Shown piece by piece: positions 35,577 through 46,521 of a stretch of 64,000 bases of DNA. The stretch lies in the NCBI GenBank assembly GCA_964234715.1, contig OZ174277.1; one strand, written 5' to 3'. The notes beneath the pieces were generated by a model. It did no database searches. It saw only the letters and a list, made by a program, of their open reading frames with translations, and had not been told where the DNA came from. Made by a program: the position numbers and the translations under genes. Positions within the stretch are counted from its first letter, which is position 1. The number at the start of each line of letters is the position of its first letter. The stretch comes from Podarcis melisellensis (lineage: Eukaryota).

Positions 35577-38098
35577 CTATAGATAATCCTCTATCTACTT
35601 TGTGGTGTTGGGTGTCATTGTAGGATTTTAAGCAGCTACTTGGGAGATGCAGCTTGAAACTGGATGCTGATACTGAATAGTTTGTTTCATCTGAAAACCC
35701 TGTATCTGTGCATGAAATCTGATTTTCCCCTGAGCCACAAGAGTCTACTCGTGGTGGACAGAACAAGTCTTAATGTGTACAAGACAATCATTAGATGGAT
35801 CATTTGGCAAGCAGGGAGGGTGCAATAAGCCTGTGGTCCTGTGCATGTGAGAGTAGGGTGGCTACACACATGCACGCCACTGGCAGACACCAAGGGTGAA
35901 TGCAGCCCTTGGGTCTAAATAAGCTGGCCACCCCTGCAACGGAGGGAAATAAATTCTTACAAACTAAACTCTATGAAAAGTTCCTCCAAATTGAGTGAAA
36001 AGTTCAGAGATTGCTAGAATGAAGGAAGGCAAATGTTTAAAGCCAACACAAAATTAAGTGGGGGGGGGGGGAGGAAATCAGCAAGAGGTCAAGAATTGGC
36101 AACAGGGAGACAACTAATGTATACTTTAAGCAATCCAGGCAGAATTCCTTTAGTGCCTGTCTGGCCAGAACAGAGATGTGATTACAAAAGTCAGCAATTG
36201 ATGGAAGTGTAAATTAGTCCTCGAAACAGCAGGAGACAGCTTGAAGAATGAGATCATTGAAATGCTGAGTTACTAATGAGATGTGTGGTGTCACATGGAT
36301 AAGATACAACAAGGTGAATTGGTGGGATGCCTGGTGTTGGAGGTGACCCATCTCTAACCAGATGTACATATCTTCTAACACGATTTATTTCCATAGTTTG
36401 CTACCACTAGCCCTATCCCCAATACCAAATCTCTGTTTATAGATTCACCAGAAAATGTTTTACCATTTTTGCCCTTTCTTAAGTGGTGAAAGACAGAATA
36501 AAAGAGAAATAAAAGCCATTAAGATGGCTATCAGAAAACAGGAACTATAAAAGCTTCCTAGCAGATTTGTCACACAGTTTACTTGCTACTAATCTATGGT
36601 TCCCTTCCAATTGTCCCTAATATATTACATTTTCATATGTTATTTTCACCAATGCACACTTGGCTGCAATATATGCATATTTGTAAACACTGGTTGGTTA
36701 AATTGCAAAATTCAGACAACTGCGAATTCCAAAGGATCTCTGTGTTCGGTTTGCATAGTTTGGAAAGTGAAAATTTAGTCACTTTGCCTTCAAATGCACA
36801 CTGTATTGAAGTTGTGTCTCATCCCTATTCACAACACAACACAACACAACATCTTCAGTTAGAGAGGTTTGCGAAGGTCGAAAAATAAATGTTTCAATTT
36901 TTTAAAAAGGTTACTTATGTGAACTCTCCTGTGCCTTGATCTGTAAACTGTTGTATGTAGGTCTGCTGCATCAGGTATGAGAACTTGCAGCCTTCCAGGT
37001 ATTATAGGACTCCCAACTAGCATCAGCTCTAGTTAGCACGGCCGATGGTCAAGGATTATGGGAGTTTCAGTGCAGCAGCAACATCCAAGGATTCCCCACC
37101 CGTGTGCCACAGAATGTAACATTAGTTAACTCTACCTACCTATCGACACACTAATGAGCTGGTCCTTTGGTGGAAGCAGCCCTTATTTTAGGCTGCAATT
37201 CTATACATACTCACCTGGGAGTTTCCACTACAACATTTTACAGCTATGAAACTGTGAAAGCTATTAGTTGCAATGCCACCAATTCCCCAAACTAGCCCAT
37301 TCTGATATCTCCCTTGGAATTCATTTTCAAAGTGTTAATCGGACACATCCAAGGGGAGAGACTCCACCAGGCAAGGCCTCTTTCCACCTGTCTTGCCCCA
37401 CCCTCCGGCCCTAGGAGTCCTCATAAGGGAGCTGGTCCTGGAGGAAGAACTGTGAGGGGAGAGACTCCATCAGGCAAGGCCTCTTGTCTGCTTTTCTAGT
37501 CTCTGCTTCTCAATTTGTATTGTATTATTTTATGTACTGTGGCTTGCCATTGTTTTATTGGTTATAGTTTATAAATTATTTATTGTAACTGTTGAGTGGA
37601 TTTATATGTTATTATTACTTAATACTATTCTAATGATTGTTGAAGTTACTTTTTTGATGTAGGTTGCCTGTTTTAAAGTTATGTTTTATTATCACATTTT
37701 TGTTTTTTGTTTTTTTAATATTTTTATTAGTTTTTGCACATATTAATGACAATACAAGACAAACACAAACATCAAAAACAAACAACAAAAATTGACTTCC
37801 CCATGCCTTCCCTTCGCCACATCCTTGTTTTACCATTTTTCGAGCAACTCATCAATCAGTCCTTAGTTAAGTCCCTTTTAAATTTCCTTGAAGTTTAAGA
37901 TTTACAGCTGTAGTTCTTTGTTTCCTACCCCTTAACATCTTATCAGTCCACAATTTTACAGTAATTTTTTAGATATGTTTTAAATTTCCCCCAGTCCTCT
38001 TCCACTGTCTCTTTCCTCTGGTCACGGATTCTGCCGGTCATCTCTGCCAGTCCCATATATTCCATCACCTTCGATTGCCATTCTTCCAGAGTAGGTAA

Positions 38099-41000
38099 TT
38101 ATTGCATCTTCCAATACTTTGCCAACAGGATTCTTGCTGCCGTGGTTGCATACATAAAGAATGTCTTATCCTTCTTTGATACCAATTGGCCGACCATGCC
38201 CAAGAGAAAAGCCTCCGGTTTCTTTACAAATGTCCACTTAAGGACTTTCTTAATTTCATTATAGATCATTTCCCAGTAGGCCTTAATCTTTGGGCAGGTC
38301 CACCAAAGATGGTAAAAGGTACCTTCAGCCTCATTACATTTCCAACATTTGTTATTGGGCAGATGGTAAATCTTTGCAAGTTTGACTGGGGTCATGTACC
38401 ACCTATAGATCATTTTCATTATATTCTCTTTCAGGGCATTACATGCCGTAAATTTAACACCGGTGGTCCATAACTGTTCCCAGTCGTCAAACATAATGTC
38501 ATGACCAATATCCTGTGCCCATTTAATCATAGCTGATTTCACTGTTTCATCCTGTGTATTCCATTTCAGCAGCAAATTATACATTTTAGATAAGTTTTTA
38601 GTATTGGATTCTAACAATTCTGTTTCTAACTTTGACCTCTCCTTCTGAAAACCAAGTTTCCTGTCCTGCTTAAACATCTCATTTATCTGACGGTAGTGTA
38701 ACCAATCTCGAACTTTATGCTTTAGCTTCTCAAAACTTTGTAGCTTCAGTCTTTCGCCATCATATTCTAAAATTTCACAATACTTAGGCCAATTAGAGTC
38801 CATGTTAATTTTTTTCACTGCTTTCGCTTCCATTGGTGACAACCACCTAGGGGTTTTACTTTCCAATAAATCCTTATATCTATTCCAAACATTGTACAAT
38901 GCTTTCCTGACAATATGGTTCTTAAAACTTTTATACACCTTTACCTTGTCATACCACAAATATGCATGCCAACCAAAACTATTGTCATATCCTTCCAGAT
39001 CAAGAATGTCTGTGTCTTCAAGAAGTAGCCATTGCTTCAACCAGCAAAAGGCTGCTGATTCATAATAAAGTCTTAAGTCTGGCAGGGCAAAGCCCCCTCT
39101 ATCTTTTGCATCGGTTAAGATCTTAAATTTTATTCTGGGCTTTTTGCCCTGCCAGACAAATTTAGATATATCTTTCTGCCACCTCTTGAAACAGTCCATT
39201 TTGTCTAGAATCTGTAGCGTCTGAAATAAAAACAACATTCTTGGCAATACATTCATCTTGATAACAGCAATTCGGCCTAACAAGGAAAGTTTCAACCTAG
39301 ACCATATGTCTAAATCTTTCTTAACTTCTGTCCAACATTTTTCATAGTTGTCTTTAAATAAGTTCACATTTTTTGATGTCAGATTTACCCCCAGGTACTT
39401 AACCTTTTTTTCTATTTCCAACCCAGTTTCACTTTGAAACCTATCTTTCTCCTCTTTTGTTAGATTTTTTTCCAGCACCTTTGTTTTCTGTTTGTTCAAT
39501 TTAAATCCTGCGACCTGGCCGAATATCTCCATTAATTCTAAAACTCTTTTGGTACTAGCTTCTGGCTGTTGCAAAGTTAGCACTAAATCATCTGCAAATG
39601 CCCTTAACTTATATTGTTTGAATCCGACCTGTATTCCTTTTACCAGCTGGTCCTTCCTAATCATGTTTAATAAAACCTCCAGGACTGATATAAACAGTAA
39701 AGGGGATATAGGGCATCCCTGTCGTGTACCTTTCTCTATTGGTATCTCATCCATTACCACATTGTTCACAATTAATTTCGCTCTTTGTTCAGAATATATT
39801 GCACCTATACCGTTTTCAAACCCTTGACCTACCCCCATCCCATGGAGATTCTTCTTCATAAATTTCCAAGAAATGTTGTCAAAGGCCTTCTCCGCGTCCA
39901 CAAAGATCAGAACTGCCTTCCTATTAATGTCCACCTCTAGCATCTCCAAAATATCTATAATGTTCCTCACATTTTCTGACATATGTCTCCCTGGGAGAAA
40001 GCCTGTTTGGTTCTTATGAATCTCCTCCATCAAAACTCTCTTAAATCTTTTTGCTAAAACATCTGCAAAAATTTTATAATCCACATTCAAGAGTGATATA
40101 GGGCGGTAGTTTTTAACTTGATGTTTCTCAGTTTCTGTCTTCGGTATAAGTGAGATAAATGCGTCTTTCCACGATTCAGGAGCCTTTTTCCCCTCTAGTA
40201 TCTGGTTGCATACTTCCTTCAATGGCTGTATTAGCCATTCTTTAAGATCTTTGTAGTATTTTGCAGTCAAACCATCTGGTCCTGGTGATTTCCCCAATTT
40301 CGTATTCTGGATGGCACCCTCTATTTCTTGTTCTGTAATTTTTTCATTCAAAATCCTTTTATTTTGTTCTGAAATCTTTGATAGTCCATATTTTTTGACG
40401 AATTCTTCTATTTCTTGTTCATTTGTAGGCCCTTGTGCGTAAAGTTTTTTGAAGAAACTTTGAAAACAGTTGCTTATTTCATTTGGTTTGTTGATAATTT
40501 TCCCATCTATTTCCAGGGATGTCACCGTATTTAACTTTTGCCTCTTTTTCAGTTGCCATGACAGCAGTTTCCCACATTTATCTGCCGATTCAAATGTCCT
40601 TTGTCTCATTTGCTTTATCTTCCATTCTATTTCCTGATTCATCAATTCCATGTATTGCGTCTGATGGTACTTTATTTCTCTTAAAATCTCATGAGACTTC
40701 GGCTTAGATCTCAGTTTCTTTTCTCCTTCCTTTATCTGGTTCAAAATCTTTTCCTTCTTCTCATTTTGTTTCTTCCTTTTTATAGAATTTTGCTGAATTA
40801 GGAATCCACGCATCACGGCCTTACTTGCGTCCCATACTATTCTTTTTTCCACCTCAGTTCTCAAATTTATCTCAAAGTAATCCTTCAATATTTTTTGGGC
40901 CTTATGATAAATTTCTTCATCTCTAAATAGGGTGTCATTCATTCTCCATCTGAAGGTTCCAGCCGTTGTTAATTTCATTTCCATCTTGACTGCATTATGG

Positions 41001-41677
41001 TCGGAGCAGGTTTTTGTGCAGATTTCTGTTTTTTTCACTCTTGGTGCCAGACTGCTAGAAATCCAAATTTGATCAATTCTAGTCCAGGTCATTTTTGCTT
41101 CCGAGAAGAAGGTTCCCTCTCTTTCCAGAGGGTTCCTAGTTCTCCAAATGTCGATCAAGTCCATGGTGTCAGTGAGTTCGAAAAAGGTCTTTGGTAGTCT
41201 CCCATCCTTGGATATTACTTGTCTTTGTGCCTTGTCCATGTTTGTGGAGACAACTCCGTTAAAATCTCCCATCATTATAATTTTAAAGTCCATAAAGTCC
41301 ATTAAGGTCTCATGCAACTTCTTGAAGAACTCTGCCTTCCCCTCATTGGGTGCATAAACTCCGACAATTAAGATCTTTTCTCCTTGAATTTGAATTTCTA
41401 CTGCCAGGTATCTTCCTTCATCATCTTTAAAGATCATTTTTGGTTCCCACTTTTCCTTGGCATAAATCACCACCCCTCTTTTCTTGACTTTGTCTGAGGA
41501 AACAAATTCCAGTCCTAATCTCTTATTTATCAAAAGTTTCCTGTGTATCCTGGCAATATGGGTTTCTTGCAAGCAAATTATATCTAGCTGTTCTTTCTTT
41601 AGTATGTGAAAAACTTGGTCTCTTTTTCGGGGATGGTTTAGACCATTGCAGTTCCAACTCAGAAGTTGCAGAGACAT
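38099..41677 (-). CDS. L1 ORF2p: APE endonuclease + reverse transcriptase + CCHC zinc knuckle (premature stop; homologous frame continues to 37943)
   Basis: Endonuclease motifs SWNCNG, LQETH, GDFN, RID, SDH; RT motifs [26 protein letters not shown], KYLG; zinc knuckle CWKC...HLWWTC. TAA at 38099-38101 is followed by 51 more sense codons. Confidence 0.97.
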   Translation of the reverse strand: [1192 protein letters not shown]

Positions 41678-41682
41678 TTTTG

Positions 41683-42668
41683 TTATTGGGTATTTTTCCC
41701 ACCCACTGCTCCAAGTTCTTGTTCCTCGTCGGTCGGTGCTGGGTTCAATCCAAACGATAGGTTTGTAATGTCCAGTGTTTCCCTCTCTACAGTTCCTTTC
41801 TGAAAGTCCTCAAGGTTTCTCTCCAAAAAGTGTTCTTTGTCTTGAATTGTTTTTATTTTGATTTTTTTCCCTTTGAAGTTGAAGGACAACCCTTGTGGGA
41901 ATTCCCACCTGAATTGAATGTTGTTTTGTTTTAGTAAGTCGACTAGGTCTTTAAAAAGTATCTAGGAATATCTTTGAAGATCTGTATTTGGGAATTTTTG
42001 ATAACCAATGCCCTCTGGAAATGTAGGTTCAATATTTTATCTCTTTCTTCCTTGGATCTGAGAGTTATTAAGCAATCCCTTGGCTTCTTACCTTGCTTTC
42101 TGCCAATCCGGAAGGCTGTAGTTATTGTAAAATCCTCTTCCTCTTCCCCCAACTCTTCACTCCAAAATTCTTGGAACTTGTCTGTAAGGAATTCCCCGAG
42201 CTTGTCCTCCTCCTCCTCAGGTACCAATCTCAATTTCAAATTCTTGCCTTTCCTCTCCAATTCCATGAGGGCCAGGGCTTCATCATGCTCGTGTACCTTC
42301 TTTGCAATAGGAACAAATTTCCCTTTGGTTTCCTCAGCCGTGGTCCTCGCGCTTTCGGCTATTTTCCTCGTCTCTGTACTTTCCTGAATTAAACGGTTTA
42401 TAGAATCTGTATTAGTCGATATTATTGTCGTGTTCAAATCCAATCTTGTTGTCAATTCAGTCAGTTTCTTGGAGTTCTCTGTAGATTGCCTAGTAAGTGA
42501 TTCTAAAGATTCATTTATCCTGAGTAGAGCCTGTGTCATTGAATCCATTGATACCGTTGTTGTTCTTTCCTGTGTTGCTGTTGCTCCTGTCAAGGAGCCG
42601 CTTTTCTTTTGAGCCTGAGCCTGTTTTGCTTTGGATCTTGTTGATATTTCATCCAGTGGGCCGCTCAT
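41683..42668 (-). pseudogene. L1 ORF1p (coiled-coil, RRM, CTD), frameshifted at ~41950
   Basis: The 241-aa ORF ends IFKDIPRYFLKT*; the -1 frame continues FKDLVDLLKQNNIQFRWEFPQGLSFNFKGKK to a stop at 41683, 5 nt before the ORF2 ATG. Confidence 0.9.
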
Positions 42669-43269
42669 ATCTCAAGGTCGTTCCCACAGGAACAGTTGCA
42701 GTTGGAAAATCCCACTGTTTCTACCTCAATGCAGCAGTCTCTCTTTTAAGCCTCTAGAGGGAGTACATTGTATCCAGTTCGAAAACAAAGAAACAGGGAA
42801 AGAAATAGCCATGCAAAGTTCCAAAAGCGAAAGTCCAAGTAAACTTTATAGCAATTTAAAATGTTGCAGTTTTTGTCCACTAAAGCCCTGTTATTTTATA
42901 TCAGATAAATCTTACTTTGTATCCTCAGTCAAATTTGACAGCTCACTTCAGGCGCTCACTGCTCCGGCAGCCTGGCCAGAGGTATTGGCAGTGGAAGGTT
43001 TCCCGTTCAAAACTCCTTTCTTAAGCAGATAAAATTAAGTCAAATTTCTTCCCCCCCTCTCCTGCTCATTGGGGGGGGGAGGTCCTCTTCCGATGTCAGG
43101 TTTAACAGAGTTAAAAAGCATAAAAACGTCCCTTTTAAGCACAGCTTACTCTTTTCGTTGCTCAGTCAATCATGCAGTTCCGGGGGGCAGACTTCCTTAA
43201 TTTTTGCCTCTCCCGTTTTCAGCCAAATCTTCTTAAATTTTAAAGTCCCGTTCCCTTTATTTGCTGTTC

Positions 43270-43599
43270 TTACTCACGGGTGTTGTTTCCAATCGGTAGT
43301 TTCAGGAAGGAATCGGCGCTCTCCGTCAATGGCGACGCGGCTTCGCTCCATGAGCTGGGTTGCGATCCTCAGCACCGCGCTCACACCCGATGCCGCTCCG
43401 GAGCCTTTAAAAAGGCTCTTTCGCAATACCGGGGGGCGCAAAGGTGCCCACCGAATCTCCTTGTTCATAGGCTTCAGCGCCTGTGATTTTAGGGGTCCCC
43501 CGCTCGCCGTAGCGGGTCAGACCCGAACTCACGGAGCAGTCCTGCTTCGGAGCTCGAAGCAAGGACCGCCATTAACGCTGGCGCCGACCGGAAGTCCCC
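43270..43599 (-). promoter_or_regulatory. L1 internal promoter (CpG-rich 5'UTR)
   Basis: CpG-dense against a CpG-depleted background; ETS motif CCGGAAGT at 43588-43595 and YY1-like CCGCCATT at 43566-43573. Confidence 0.7.
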
Positions 43600-43635
43600 T
43601 ATTATCACATTTTTGTATTGCATTAGTTTGTTATA

Positions 43636-43971
43636 GTAAAGGTAAAGGGACCCCTGACCATTAGGTCCAGTCGTGGCCGACTCTGGGGTTGCGGCGCTCA
43701 TCTCGCTTTATTGGCCAAGGGAGCTTCTGGGTCATGTGGCCAGCAGGACTAAGCTGCTTCTGGCGAACCAGAGCAGCACACGGAAACACCGTTTACCTTC
43801 CCGCCAGAGCAGTACCTATTTTATCTACTTGCACTTTGACATGCTTTTGAACTGCTAGGTAGGCAGGAGCAGGGACCGAACAACGGGAGCTCACCCTGTC
43901 GCGGGGATTTGGACCGCCAACCTTCTGATCAGCAAGTCCTAGGCTCTGTGGTTTAACCCACAGCGCCACCC
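43636..43971 (-). mobile_element. Sauria SINE (Squam1)
   Basis: GGGTGGCGCTGTGGGTTAAACCACAGAGCC head and a ...GGTCAGGGGTCCCTTTACCTTTAC tail. Confidence 0.95.
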
Positions 43972-44266
43972 AGCTTGTAAACCACCTTGAGTATTGTAAG
44001 ATAGAAAGACGGTATACAAATAAAAAATGATGGCGGTGATGATCCTAATAATTCTACCCATTCATCTTCAAGTTGGAAACTCAAGTGCCTCCATGTCTCT
44101 CTAGCTTCATCAGTATCCCATGGAATCAGTTCAAAAATATCTTTATTTGTGGGACCTCATCAACTATGACTGCCAAGTGTTTAGAAGGGTGTGCATACAT
44201 GACATTTGAAACGGAATATGTCATATATTTGGCTATATGGTTGTGGCAATAGTAACTTCCAAGTAA

Positions 44267-44456
44267 CATAGGAGCTACCTCTTAGGGGCTGTGGGGGCTT
44301 CAACCCCCACAATAAAATATTTGAGGTGGCTGGGCCCCCACAAAGTTGATGGACATTCCCATTCAATTGGTGCGTGTGCACTGTGTCATGTGATCAGTTA
44401 TGTAGGCCGGGGCTTACCTGGGCCCCCACAATATTTTATTCAAGTTGGCACCCCTG
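44267..44456. mobile_element. Non-autonomous hAT-like element
   Basis: TSD CCAAGTAA/CCAAGTAG; inverted homolog of 17656-17831. Confidence 0.85.
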
Positions 44457-45732
44457 CCAAGTAGATTAGTGGCACATCATAAGCAGGTGTTTTACATATG
44501 CTTTGGGTAGACATCTGGAGGACTACAATTTAGGAGTTATTTCTTATGAAGGGAACACAAAATCTAAACTGGCAAAAATGCTTGTTTATGCAGCAACTGT
44601 CATTACACTCCAGAAACCATTTTGTTATTTCTGCACTAGCTAAATTCACTTGGAATATATTTTGTTTGGATAACCACATAAAATCAATCTGGAATGGAAT
44701 TAAAGTGACCACAGGTTTCTTGCAGCCCTGTATAATCAGCTTTTTTCTTTTCACCGACTATTTTGAAACTAGGATATAAAGGATCAGTGATGCATTACTG
44801 AAATTCGTTACTAAATTACTGATAAATTACTAAAACAAAAAGTATTTGGAAGAGTACTTAACTGTAGAAAAGTAGCCAATTTGTATGTTACTATATTTAG
44901 TGAAGTCAGAATCTGGGGCATCATCCAATCAAAGTTAAGCACTTCATCAGTTCTAATTAGTCCCATTGAGTTCACTGGGAGAGCTTCAAGCCTGTGCTTA
45001 ACTTTTCCATTAAAATCCATGGATCTTAAAAATTGCTTAAGGCTGCAATCCTCTGTTCACATTTACCTGGGAGTAAGTCCTACTGAAGTCATGAAACTTA
45101 CATCTGGGTAAACATGCTTAGAATAGCACTTAGTTTTGATTGTGTTTATTTTACAGTCTGCAAAGGTTCCATGAAAGAATCAGACACCAAAGGATGAGAA
45201 AAGGCAAATATGCCTGTTTATTTTTTACCATTTCTTTGATATGTTCTTAATTATTTGTTGAAAGGTTTTTTTGTTTTTTAAAAAAACAACAGAAGACTCC
45301 CTCACTTCCCAGTGTTGCAGTCAGTCCTATAGGACATGAAGTATTTAAGCATCCATGTCAGGTAACCGTTGTTTCAAGTTTTGTGTTTTTCATATTAAAC
45401 AATTTGCATTTATCCCTTTATGCATACACCATTTCGGGTATAAAGATAATTGCTTTTCTAAATGGAGAAAAATATTAAAAAGAAAGAATGACAAAGAGAA
45501 GAGAAAAACATAGTGTTTGTGGTGCAGAGGGGAGTGTAGTTCACAAGGAGAAAGGGTCTGTTTCTTAATTCAGAACCATATCAAGCTCAGGGCCAAGTGA
45601 GATGTGATGTAAAAAGCATCTCTGCATTTGAGGTACAGTGTTTTGGTTTTTAAAGGCAAAAAACAGCTGCTAGGTGGGGGGAGGTTCATTATTGTAGCAG
45701 GTTGGGAATAGGGGAATTTACTCTTTCTAGAC

Positions 45733-45868
45733 TAGTGGTTCCCAAACTTGGGTCTCCAGATGTTTATGGACTACAACTCCCATCATCCCTAGCTAGCAAG
45801 ACCAGTGGTCGGGGTTGATGGGAATTGTAATCCGAAAACAGCTGGAAACCCAAGTTTGGGAAACACTG
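45733..45868. mobile_element. Palindromic hAT MITE
   Basis: TIRs TAGTGGTTCCCAAACTTGGG...CCCAAGTTTGGGAAACACTG; TSD TTCTAGAC/GTCTAGAC. Confidence 0.9.
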
Positions 45869-46195
45869 GTCTAGACAATCAACAGGGCGCTTGAGAGACG
45901 AGTTTTTTCCCCTCAGAACCAGCATCATTCCCTCTCTTCCCAGCTGTTGTGATATTGTTAATTGTCCCCATTGGTTGCTATCAGGTTATTTGTTGTACAT
46001 TAAATGCAAACTCACATTTAATGCCTTATCTAGTTTGGCCCTCAACTACAATGATTTGAAGACATGCGTCAGTGGAAAATATCAGTGTCCATAATACAAT
46101 ACTTTTAAATAGTTCATATCATTCAGTTACTGAAAATGCAGGAATGATGAATGATGCAGAGACCACCCTTTAAGTCCATGCAATGTTTACCAGAT

Positions 46196-46521
46196 GGGAT
46201 GCGGGTGGCCTAGGGCTTGCCGATCAGAAGGTCGGTGGTTCGAATCCCCGCGACGGTGTGAGCTCCCATTGTTCGGTCCCTGCTCCTGCCAACCTAGCAG
46301 TTCGAAGCATGAAGTGCAAGTAGATAAATAGGTACCACTCTGGTGGGAAGGTAAACAGCGTTTCTGTGTGCTGCTCTGGTTCGCCAGAAGCGGCTTAGTC
46401 ATGCTGGTCACATGACCCGGAAGCTGTACGCTGGCTCCCTCGGCCAGTAAAGTGAGATGAGCACTACAACCCCAGAGTCGTCTGCGACTGAACCTAATGG
46501 TCAGGGGTCCCTTTACCTTTT
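46196..46521 (+). mobile_element. Sauria SINE (Squam1) with A-box deletion
   Basis: Sauria body and CTTTACCTTT tail; 14-bp TSD AATGTTTACCAGAT/AATGTTTACCAAAT; lacks ~22 nt that are present in the 43636 copy. Confidence 0.95.

Larger units (their letters stand above)
37704..43599 (-). mobile_element. Full-length L1 (LINE-1 clade) retrotransposon, ~5.9 kb
   Basis: 5' end GGGGACTTCCGG, ~930-nt 5'UTR, ORF1, ORF2, short 3'UTR with AATAAA and an A-rich tail. Perfect 17-bp TSD TATTATCACATTTTTGT at 37687-37703 and 43600-43616. Confidence 0.97.

Noticed and set aside
37352-37485. Repeat-spacer-repeat as a CRISPR-like array
   Set aside because: Only two repeats, vertebrate context, and no cas genes.
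43158-43664. 168-aa antisense ORF over the L1 5'UTR (ORF0-like?)
   Set aside because: It has a non-ATG start, runs out of the element through the TSD into the SINE, and long frames are expected by chance in GC-rich sequence.
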